Assembly: GCA_038046385.1 (NCBI GenBank)
Contig: JBBSWH010000007.1
Span: forward strand, 1 to 52,770
Direction: 5' to 3'
Length of the DNA: 52,770 bases
Origin: Nanobdellota archaeon
GTDB lineage: Archaea > Nanobdellota > Nanobdellia > Woesearchaeales > GW2011-AR4
Part shown: one piece after another, positions 39,158-47,193 of the stretch
Numbering within the stretch: position 1 is the stretch's first letter
Layout of the letters: every line of letters begins with the position of its first letter
The notes under the pieces: generated by a model
Told to the model about the DNA's origin: nothing
The model's database searches: none
Seen by the model: the letters and a program-made list of their open reading frames with translations, nothing else
Position numbers and translations under genes: made by a program

Positions 39158-39179
39158 AAACTTAACAATTGTTAACTTT
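39158..39179. promoter_or_regulatory. Palindromic candidate operator upstream of the FTR1 gene
   Basis: Perfect TTAACAATTGTTAA at 39162-39175, between the TATA box (39194-39201) and the start codon. Confidence 0.5.
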
Positions 39180-39310
39180 GCAAAAGAGGCTTGTATATAA
39201 ATCTTTCTGGGACTGGTTTAGTCCATCAATTTTTGTGCAGAATTCGTTTATTGAAAAAATGATGCAAAAATATTCTCCTAAATAAGCGAGAAAGATTCAA
39301 TCGATTTAGC

Positions 39311-39496
39311 TTATTTTACATAATAGGCCATTATGTTATATGCCAAGGATACTGCAGCAGCACCCAATACGCCTCCTGCCACCCACCCCACATAATTGGA
39401 AAGTGAAGCTACTCCTAAAAGAGCGCCCCCTGTTGGGATGACAATTCTCTCAAGAGACATTGGCCTAATTGTTGATGTATTTCCGCCTGAACTCAT
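39311..39496 (-). CDS. Small hydrophobic Gly-rich protein
   Basis: 61 aa with SD AGGTGG and an upstream TATA box. Confidence 0.5.
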   Translation of the reverse strand: MSSGGNTSTIRPMSLERIVIPTGGALLGVASLSNYVGWVAGGVLGAAAVSLAYNIMAYYVK

Positions 39497-39582
39497 AAAA
39501 AACCACCTACACTTAACTATTGTTAGTTGTTATATAAATTTTCCTATAGAAGCCACTACTAATGAGATAATAAAAGAAAAAA

Positions 39583-40407
39583 TCAGGCGCTTTGCCTGAA
39601 CAAAACATGCTTTTCATCCACATTGACGTATTCTGACTTTGTCTTTACATCCAATTTGTCCAATATGGTGTTGAATCCAATATAGGAGATTGTAATGCCT
39701 GACGCAAAAACAAGCCTTTCAAATATAACAATTGGGATTAATGCAATCCACATTTGAGGCGTCATCGGAACAACATAGTTCCAAATTGCTCCTCCAACAG
39801 CGTGCGCTGTGAAAGTTGCTCCAAGGCTTTTTGATGCAACCTCCCTATAAATAAATGATAAGCCGAATATTGCCACGAATCCAATCGTTATCCAGATATT
39901 TCTGTACAATGGGTTTAATGCAAACATTATCAGTCCCATCAAAGAGATTATTCCCGGAACAACATAGTTTGAATATTCTTCAGATGCATATTTCATTATG
40001 ATTGGTATTGTCCAGAACAGTGAAAAGTACCAAACCTGCCTTCCGACAGGATGCGCTATGAACAATATAATTGCCGCGATTGGTATGTATAAACTTAATT
40101 TGTCTTTTCTTGTTCCAAAATACCATGCTGCCAGCAGCATCGGAGTTAATCTGAAAAAAGTGACCAAATCCCATGATGCATTCATTGATACTTTGCTTGC
40201 AACTTCTGCTATTAATACGCTTAGAACGCCGACAACAGGGCCTAAAAACGCGCCTGCAACAGGGCCGAATAACTGGAATAATGTAAAAAACTGGCTTTGT
40301 GATCCAACCAAACTTGAGAAATTTATTTTGTCACCAACAAAAACCAATGCGCTGAAAATCAGCAAAAACAAAATGCCTTTTGATGTAATTAGCTTGTTAA
40401 CCCTCAT
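39583..40407 (-). CDS. Integral membrane protein, possibly ECF S-component-like
   Basis: GPVAGAFLGPVVG resembles S-component helices; SD AGGTGA. Confidence 0.6.
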   Translation of the reverse strand: MRVNKLITSKGILFLLIFSALVFVGDKINFSSLVGSQSQFFTLFQLFGPVAGAFLGPVVGVLSVLIAEVASKVSMNASWDLVTFFRLTPMLLAAWYFGTRKDKLSLYIPIAAIILFIAHPVGRQVWYFSLFWTIPIIMKYASEEYSNYVVPGIISLMGLIMFALNPLYRNIWITIGFVAIFGLSFIYREVASKSLGATFTAHAVGGAIWNYVVPMTPQMWIALIPIVIFERLVFASGITISYIGFNTILDKLDVKTKSEYVNVDEKHVLFRQSA

Positions 40408-40533
40408 TATATCACCTTATGGTTGATTTTTTAGAGGTTATAAAAAGGTTGCGGTGAAGGTATGAAATATTAAGTTTTATGAATATATGTTTCAAGGAAA
40501 ACATTTATATACTACTATAAAATAGTGATAAAA

Positions 40534-40923
40534 ATGCAAGCACAAGAAGAACCTGGAGAGATACATAAAGAATCCGGATTTAGAGTAAATACTAGAAACC
40601 TCGTAATGTCTGGGCTTGAAGGAGAATTGATAAAAATGGAAGAGGAACTTAAAAGCTCTCCATTCCAAGTAACAAGGCTTCCAGAAATTAGAGACTACTC
40701 ACAAATTCCTGATGTGTTGCACCCTGAAGCAAGTGGCTCTGAGGTGTATTTGTTAAAAACAGGAGATATATCCGGCATAGGGCTATTGAGTTTATTACCT
40801 TCTCAGAAGGAGGGATGGTTTAGGGATCTTGATACAGTATTAGCACTCACTCAGGCAACTTTTGATGGTGGAAGAACTGCGATTGGCATTTGCCAAATTA
40901 AAATGTATGGGGATTATGCGTAA
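40534..40923 (+). CDS. Hypothetical protein
   Basis: ATG 40534 lies 30 nt after TTTATAT. Confidence 0.55.
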   Translation: MQAQEEPGEIHKESGFRVNTRNLVMSGLEGELIKMEEELKSSPFQVTRLPEIRDYSQIPDVLHPEASGSEVYLLKTGDISGIGLLSLLPSQKEGWFRDLDTVLALTQATFDGGRTAIGICQIKMYGDYA

Positions 40924-41018
40924 AGTTTTGACTCAGCCGAATAATCAATTTGTATCTTCTAATTTTGTCGTATAATAATAAAGATAAATTAAAATAGGAA
41001 CAAAAATTCTATCGATTT

Positions 41019-41738
41019 ATGCTCACCAACAAAATCGCTTTAGTCACCGGCTCTTCTAAAAGGATAGGCAAAGCCATTGCAATAGCATTAGCAAAGGAAG
41101 GCGCTGATGTAATTGTCCATTATAATAATAGCAGAAAGGAAGCTGAAGAAGTAAAGAAGCAGATAGAAAAGCTGGGAAGGAAGTCTATTATAGTAAAAGC
41201 GGATTTGATAAATCCAAAAGAAGTTGATGCAATGTTCAAAGACATAATAAAACGCTTCAAAAGAATAGACATCCTTGTAAACAATGTCGGCAATTTCATC
41301 TTCAAGGATTTGGATGATTATTCAATAGAAGAATGGCATCATTTGATTGATACAACATTAAACACAACGTATCACTGCTGCAAATTCGCATTGCCGTACA
41401 TGAGAAAGCAAAAGAATGGAAACATCATAAACTTAGCTGATTCTTTGGCAGACCGTATTGCAGCATCGCCTAAATTGACGCCATACATGATAGGAAAAAC
41501 AGGTATTCTTATCTTAACTCAAACTCTAGCCGTAACAGAAGCAAAGCATAATATTAACGTCAATGCTGTTTCACCCGGCGTGATGGAAAACAGCGTGACA
41601 AAACCAGAAGATAAAGTTCCAAAAGGAAGATACGGCAAATACGAAGACATAACAAACGCAATTTTGTTCTTGTTAAATAAAAAATCAGATTATATAACGG
41701 GAGCTAATATCAAAGTTAATGGCGCTTGGAGATTGTAG
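41019..41738 (+). CDS. Short-chain dehydrogenase/reductase (pteridine-reductase-like TGxxxRIG)
   Basis: TGSSKRIG, LVNNVG, YMIGK, VNAVSPG. Confidence 0.9.
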   Translation: MLTNKIALVTGSSKRIGKAIAIALAKEGADVIVHYNNSRKEAEEVKKQIEKLGRKSIIVKADLINPKEVDAMFKDIIKRFKRIDILVNNVGNFIFKDLDDYSIEEWHHLIDTTLNTTYHCCKFALPYMRKQKNGNIINLADSLADRIAASPKLTPYMIGKTGILILTQTLAVTEAKHNINVNAVSPGVMENSVTKPEDKVPKGRYGKYEDITNAILFLLNKKSDYITGANIKVNGAWRL

Positions 41739-41739
41739 T

Positions 41740-41776
41740 TTAGGTGTCTACTTTTTCCTTGATTTGTAGTCACCCA
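41740..41776. repeat. 37-bp palindromic site at the Fic gene 3' end
   Basis: TTA GGTGTCTACT-N12-TGTAGTCACC CA. Confidence 0.75.
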
Positions 41777-42704
41777 GCTTTTTGCTTAATTTATTGTATT
41801 CTTTCATACACAGCCTTATGGTCGGCCTTAAATCATGGGCTTTTTCGTATGCCTGCAATGATAAGTAATATTCTGTCCTGTTTTTCAAGTCTATGCTGAT
41901 TGGAGGCAGGTTGTGCTTAATAAGTATATTATTCAACAGCAATCTTCCGACTCTTCCGTTTCCATCCCTGAACGGGTGGATGTTCTCAAACTGATTATGA
42001 ACCACTGCTCCAAGAATCAGCCCAGGGTATTTGGTTTTGTTGCATTCATACCATTCTGCTAGTTCCCGCAATAAGTGGCTTATCCTTGCCTGCGGCGCCC
42101 ATTCATGGACAACATTTCTTTTGCTGTCCATGACAACTACTTCCTCGCCTTTTTTTCTTAATTTGCCTGCAAAAGGCTTTGAATTCCTAAACACAATTTT
42201 ATGTATTTTTTTAATCAATTCCACTGACATGTACTCCTTTGTATTTCGTATGTAGGATATAGCTTCATCAACCCCCAATGCCTCTGCAATGTCCTCTTTG
42301 GACTTGTTTGGCCACTTGTCTTTCTCCAGAAGGTCTTTTACTTCTTCCTGTGTTAATTTGCTCCCTTCTATTGCATTTGTGTTGTATGTGAATATTTTCG
42401 AGAATTTTTTCCAGTTTGCCTCTGATAAGTGGCTTATCTTCAATGGTATTTGCGCTTCGAGCTTCCTTATTGCATCTATATCATTTTCTGAAAGCGGCAC
42501 TTGGAGAGAGTATTTGATTATTTTGTACTTGTGGATTTCCTCCAGAATGAGCTTTTCGGCTATTGTTTTTCTTTCTTTGAGCAATTGCACCTTTAGGTCT
42601 TGTCCAAGGTATTTCCTGAACTTGTGGACTTTTTTCCCTTCCCTGTATGAATACGCAAGAAAATATTTTATTACTTTTCCAACTTTCCGCTTTTCAAGGT
42701 GCAT
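41748..42704 (-). CDS. Fic family protein (class II, autoinhibited)
   Basis: HPFRDGNGRVGR catalytic motif; TNAIEG inhibitory motif. Confidence 0.93.
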   Translation of the reverse strand: MHLEKRKVGKVIKYFLAYSYREGKKVHKFRKYLGQDLKVQLLKERKTIAEKLILEEIHKYKIIKYSLQVPLSENDIDAIRKLEAQIPLKISHLSEANWKKFSKIFTYNTNAIEGSKLTQEEVKDLLEKDKWPNKSKEDIAEALGVDEAISYIRNTKEYMSVELIKKIHKIVFRNSKPFAGKLRKKGEEVVVMDSKRNVVHEWAPQARISHLLRELAEWYECNKTKYPGLILGAVVHNQFENIHPFRDGNGRVGRLLLNNILIKHNLPPISIDLKNRTEYYLSLQAYEKAHDLRPTIRLCMKEYNKLSKKLGDYKSRKK

Positions 42705-42713
42705 AGCATATAA

Positions 42714-42780
42714 TAGGTGACTACATATTTAAATGTTTTGGTCTTAGGTGACTACATTTGGAGCGGATTGTAGGCACCCA
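42714..42780. repeat. Half-site plus 37-bp palindromic site around the Fic promoter
   Basis: GGTGACTACA at 42716-42725; TTA GGTGACTACA-N12-TGTAGGCACC CA at 42744-42780. Confidence 0.75.
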
Positions 42781-42786
42781 AATTAT

Positions 42787-42807
42787 TAATGCGAACGACG
42801 GCAAAAC
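42787..42807 (+). repeat. Second copy of the right end of the 32383-32564 element
   Basis: TAATGCGAACGACGGCAAAAC, 20/21 identical to 32544-32564. Confidence 0.75.
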
Positions 42808-42811
42808 AAAT

Positions 42812-43315
42812 CTAAAAATTATCCATTAAATAAACAGAATAAGTCTTTCCTTTTGCTTCTCTCTGTATTAAGTGCTTCTTCTCAAAATCAGTAAGTATCT
42901 GTGAAACTTTTGCTTTTGAAAGATCTGTCCTGAACTTAAGTGTTGTTTGGGTTATTCCTTCCTGTTCCCTTATTGCTTTGATAACTTTTTTCTCATTCTC
43001 ATCAAGCCCTTTCAGAACCAATTCAAACTTGCCCTCGCCTATCTTCATGTCCTTCTCCTGCTCAAGCCTCTTCATGATTGCCTCTTCGCTTGTGCTAAAA
43101 AACAAAAGATAAACTCCAAGAGCGCCGATAAATGATATAAGCCCAACTGCAAGATGCGACAGTCCAATCAATGATTCAACGCGCTGGCACTCCTGTGTAG
43201 GATAACACTGCAATGATGTTGTCTGCTTGTTAAGCAAACCCATGAAAGAAAATGAAAGAACTCCTGCTGCTATGCTGATAGCCAGTATCAAAAGCCCCAA
43301 CTTCTTGTTCTCCAT
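42812..43315 (-). CDS. Membrane-anchored MarR-type wHTH protein
   Basis: Two TM segments, then GITQTTL...SKAKVSQILTDFEKKHLI; start moved to ATG 43315. Confidence 0.82.
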   Translation of the reverse strand: MENKKLGLLILAISIAAGVLSFSFMGLLNKQTTSLQCYPTQECQRVESLIGLSHLAVGLISFIGALGVYLLFFSTSEEAIMKRLEQEKDMKIGEGKFELVLKGLDENEKKVIKAIREQEGITQTTLKFRTDLSKAKVSQILTDFEKKHLIQREAKGKTYSVYLMDNF

Positions 43316-43412
43316 ATAGGCCGATATATCGCACATACTATATAAACTTTTTCCCGAATTCACTAGTGACAACTGATAAATATTTATAAATGGAGCGTTC
43401 TTTTCACAGTAT

Positions 43413-45500
43413 ATGGCAAAATCAAACAGAATACTTGTAACCAGCGCCTTACCATACGCTAACGGGCCAATCCACATCGGACATCTGGTAGAATACATAC
43501 AGACAGATATATTCGTCAGATTCCTAAGGCTGATAGAAGAAGATGTTATTTACGTCTGCGCAGATGACGCTCACGGAGCGCCAATTGAAATAAAGGCATC
43601 AGAACTAAAGATAACCCCGGAAGAGCTTGTAGGGAACATCTACAAAGAGCACACAGCAGACTTCAAAGAATTCCTAATCAGTTTTGACAATTATCACACA
43701 ACCAACAGCCCGGAAAACAAGCACTACAGCGATTTAATTTTCAACAGATTAAATGAGAAAGGATTCATCTACAAAAAAGATGTTGAAGTCACATACTGCA
43801 ACAATTGCAAAAGAACTCTTCCAGACAGATACGTAAAAGGCAAATGCCCAAAATGCAAAGCCGAAGACCAGTACGGCGATGTGTGTGAATCGTGCAACGC
43901 AACATACAAGACAATAGAATTGATAGATCCGTATTGCACAATCTGCAAGAACAAGCCAATAAGAAAGATATCAACACATTACTTCTTCAAATTAAGCGCA
44001 TTCTCAGATAAATTGGAAGCATGGCTCAACAATAACAAAAATCTGCAGCCTGAAATAAAAAACTTCGTGCAAAACTGGATAAAAAATGGATTAGAAGACT
44101 GGAATATAAGCAGAGACGGCCCATATTTTGGATTTAAGATTCCGGGAGAGGAAGACAAATATTATTATGTATGGCTTGACGCGCCAATAGGATACATTGC
44201 ATCAACCGAGGATTACTGCAAAAAAAATAATTTGAAAACTGAAGACTACTGGAATAATCAAAATACTAAGATTTATCATTTCATTGGAAAAGACATAATT
44301 TACTTCCATTTCCTTTTCTGGCCTGCAGTGCTAATGGCTTCTGATTTTGAGCTTCCGCATGATATCGTTGTCCACGGATTTTTGACTGTCAACAATGAAA
44401 AGATGTCAAAATCAAGGGGAACATTTTTCACTGCAAGGGATTTTCTGCAGAAATACAATCCGGAATACTTGAGATTCTATTATTCTGGCTTCCTGAGCAA
44501 GACCTTGTCTGATTTAAATCTTGATTTCAATGATTTCAGGAGCAGAATAAATAATGAACTTGCTGCAAACATCGGAAACTTCTGCTACAGAACTTTAAGC
44601 TTCCTCAACAAGCATTTTAACGGAGAAGTAAACGAGCTTGATGAAAATCCTGCATTAAGGGACGAAATAACCAAGTCTATTGAGTCTGTAAAGAAAAACT
44701 ACAATGCTTTGAATTTCAACGAAGCTCTAAAAGGGATACTCTACATTTCTTCACTGGGAAACAAATATTTCCAGGTAAGCGAGCCGTGGAAGCTTGTAAA
44801 TGCAGACAAGGAAAAAACACATAAGATTCTTGGATTATGCGTCAATATTGTAAAAGAATTGAGCATACTTTTGCAGCCGATAATGCCAAACATTTCAGCA
44901 GAGCTTCAAAAGCAATTGAATTTTGAAAATCTGAAATGGAAAGACCTTGGATTTAATGTAAAAAACCACAAAGTCGGAAAAGAAAAAATACTGATAACAA
45001 AAATGGAAGAAGAAAAAACAACAGAAACAAAAAAACCGGAATTTCCATTAAACCTAAAGATTGCAAAAATACTTGAAGTGAAGGAGCACCCTAATGCAGA
45101 CAAATTGTACGTCTTGCAGATTGATTTAGGCTCTGAAAAGCGCCAATTGGTCGCGGGATTAAGAAGCCATTACACTCCGGAAGAATTATTAAACAAAAAG
45201 ATTGTTGTAATAACAAATCTAAAGTATGCAAAATTAAGAGGTGTCGAGTCACAGGGCATGCTTCTTGCAGGCGGAGATGGCGAAATTGTCGGCGTCCTCA
45301 CAGTTGACAAATCAGAAGCAGGCGATAAGGTTTTCATTGACGGACATGAAAACTCAGCAAAAGAATTGGCTTATGATGAATTTGCAAAGCTTGAAATCAC
45401 TGTCAAAAACCATCATCCTGTTTTTGATGGAAAAGAATTAAAGACGGAAAAAGAAACAATACAAGTCGAAAAGGCAGAAGACGGCGCAAGGGTAAAATAG
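43413..45500 (+). CDS. metG: Methionyl-tRNA synthetase
   Basis: HIGH, KMSKS, Zn knuckles, C-terminal EHPNADKL tRNA-binding domain. Confidence 0.98.
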   Translation: MAKSNRILVTSALPYANGPIHIGHLVEYIQTDIFVRFLRLIEEDVIYVCADDAHGAPIEIKASELKITPEELVGNIYKEHTADFKEFLISFDNYHTTNSPENKHYSDLIFNRLNEKGFIYKKDVEVTYCNNCKRTLPDRYVKGKCPKCKAEDQYGDVCESCNATYKTIELIDPYCTICKNKPIRKISTHYFFKLSAFSDKLEAWLNNNKNLQPEIKNFVQNWIKNGLEDWNISRDGPYFGFKIPGEEDKYYYVWLDAPIGYIASTEDYCKKNNLKTEDYWNNQNTKIYHFIGKDIIYFHFLFWPAVLMASDFELPHDIVVHGFLTVNNEKMSKSRGTFFTARDFLQKYNPEYLRFYYSGFLSKTLSDLNLDFNDFRSRINNELAANIGNFCYRTLSFLNKHFNGEVNELDENPALRDEITKSIESVKKNYNALNFNEALKGILYISSLGNKYFQVSEPWKLVNADKEKTHKILGLCVNIVKELSILLQPIMPNISAELQKQLNFENLKWKDLGFNVKNHKVGKEKILITKMEEEKTTETKKPEFPLNLKIAKILEVKEHPNADKLYVLQIDLGSEKRQLVAGLRSHYTPEELLNKKIVVITNLKYAKLRGVESQGMLLAGGDGEIVGVLTVDKSEAGDKVFIDGHENSAKELAYDEFAKLEITVKNHHPVFDGKELKTEKETIQVEKAEDGARVK

Positions 45501-46259
45501 TCACTTTTTCATGAATTCGTCAAAAGAAGTGTCTGCAATCTTATTCTGATCAATTGGTTTTCTTCTTAATCTTATTTTGTAAAAAATAACTCCCATCAAA
45601 ATTATAATAATCAATGAGAATATACTTGCAAATATTGCTTTCTTGTTTGAAGATTTTGGTTTTATATTGCCAGTCTGTAAATCTTCTTTTAAGGTGTTAA
45701 TGATTTTTGAATTCGCTTCTGGAATTGTCTCATTTTTCTGATTCTGCGCCTGCACAGGAGATGTTTCATTCGCTGTTTGATTAACAGGCTGTTCAATAAT
45801 TATATCCGGCACAGCAGTGGTATTTCCTCCTGTGAAATTCAGTGCAGCAGTGGTGGTATTTCCACCTGTGCTTGCATTGATTTGCCCGGTTGCCGTCGCC
45901 TGAGCAGGCTCATCCGGCTGTTTTGTCGCAGATTTGTTTGCAGGATTTTCTATCTCAACATTCATGATATAATGATTAACAAAAGTGGTTGCATTTTTAT
46001 ATGAGAGATTTGCGCTTTTGATGCACACCCAGTAATAGTCGTTTCCCTTGCAGTTTCCATTCGCTATAATCAGGTTCGTATCCGGAGTCTGCACAAATGC
46101 CTTGTCAGATACAGGATCGTATGTGAACTTGAAAATGTCATTGTTGATTATTACATCCTTTCCTGTTGTAATGGTCCCTGAAAAAGGAAAATTAGCGGCA
46201 TATGAAATAGAGTTAAGCAAAAAAATAATTGCAATGTAGAAAAATATTTTTTTGTTCAT
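45501..46259 (-). CDS. Secreted protein with low-complexity linker and C-terminal TM anchor
   Basis: Signal peptide, T/N/Q-rich linker, hydrophobic helix followed by basic residues. Confidence 0.7.
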   Translation of the reverse strand: MNKKIFFYIAIIFLLNSISYAANFPFSGTITTGKDVIINNDIFKFTYDPVSDKAFVQTPDTNLIIANGNCKGNDYYWVCIKSANLSYKNATTFVNHYIMNVEIENPANKSATKQPDEPAQATATGQINASTGGNTTTAALNFTGGNTTAVPDIIIEQPVNQTANETSPVQAQNQKNETIPEANSKIINTLKEDLQTGNIKPKSSNKKAIFASIFSLIIIILMGVIFYKIRLRRKPIDQNKIADTSFDEFMKK

Positions 46260-46260
46260 T

Positions 46261-47193
46261 TTAGCTTATCGTCCAGTTGGCAACCTGGTAAACTTCAAGA
46301 TGCGCATCGTCTATCTTGAACCATTCAGGCGTGCTGTTAATTCTGTGGTTTGTTGTTGTCTGTGTTCCAAAATAAACCGAATCGACAATGCTCCTGTCAT
46401 AAACTGCAAGGCCCTGCTGCTGGAATTTTTCAATGTTGACAAGGCTCTCTATTCCATAAGTTGAGTTTCCGAACTCCCCTCCGAGCCTCATCAAAAAGCT
46501 AGGCGAATCGTTATGTGCTATGTAGTATGAGCCATTCATGTGATAAAGTAGGTTTGCCATGTCCCCGTTTGATACAAATGTTGTAACGCTTGTAGGAACG
46601 ATTGCATTAGAAACTCTCCCCGTGCTGCCAACCAGATAAAGCGGGTCCTCAAAGCCGGCTATGCTTATCTTTGAGGAAATCATTTTTTCCCTGTTCCATG
46701 AGCTTACTCCTTTTTTGTCTTGTATATAAAGCGACAGATTTAGATTTATGTTTACAGACCAGGGATCCTGCTGCTCGAGCCCTATCTTGTTTATAGTGAA
46801 ATTAAAGTTTATGTCTATTTTGTCTGCCTGTTCGGATATTTTATTGCTCCAGTCAGCAAATGTTGAGTCGTCCATAAGTGTCTGGGATAATCCGTTTACT
46901 GTTCCATTAAGAAATGACTCCTCAAAAGTCTTGTTCAGGTCAATTATGTACGTGCCATTTGATGCAATAAGCTGATTAAAGCTCAAAAAAGTTCTAAAGC
47001 CGGCAATGTAAGCTCCGTTGTTGATGTCTTTTTCAACATCCTTGATGAAAAAATTAACTGTTTCTATCCTTGATTGCACAGCGTCCATTTTGTCATTTAA
47101 TTTTAAGGCGCTGTATGAGCTGTAAATCACAAAAATAACAACAGTAAGGGCAATTGCGGCAGATGTGTAAAAGATTGATTTTTTGCCCTTCAT
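46261..47193 (-). CDS. Class III signal peptide (pilin-like) protein
   Basis: MKGKKS|IFYTSAAIAL; ATGA overlap with the upstream gene. Confidence 0.7.
   Translation of the reverse strand: MKGKKSIFYTSAAIALTVVIFVIYSSYSALKLNDKMDAVQSRIETVNFFIKDVEKDINNGAYIAGFRTFLSFNQLIASNGTYIIDLNKTFEESFLNGTVNGLSQTLMDDSTFADWSNKISEQADKIDINFNFTINKIGLEQQDPWSVNINLNLSLYIQDKKGVSSWNREKMISSKISIAGFEDPLYLVGSTGRVSNAIVPTSVTTFVSNGDMANLLYHMNGSYYIAHNDSPSFLMRLGGEFGNSTYGIESLVNIEKFQQQGLAVYDRSIVDSVYFGTQTTTNHRINSTPEWFKIDDAHLEVYQVANWTIS

Noticed and set aside
41740-42780. Integron attC or Xer/dif cassette
   Set aside because: No RYYYAAC/GTTRRRY ends. The 12-bp spacers are longer than the 6-8 bp typical of tyrosine recombinase sites and differ from each other. 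No integrase is in the window.
43316-43498. N-terminal extension of the MarR-type ORF
   Set aside because: Runs antisense into metG; the real start is ATG 43315.
45810-45872. TGGNTT peptide duplication
   Set aside because: Ordinary low-complexity linker of a surface protein.
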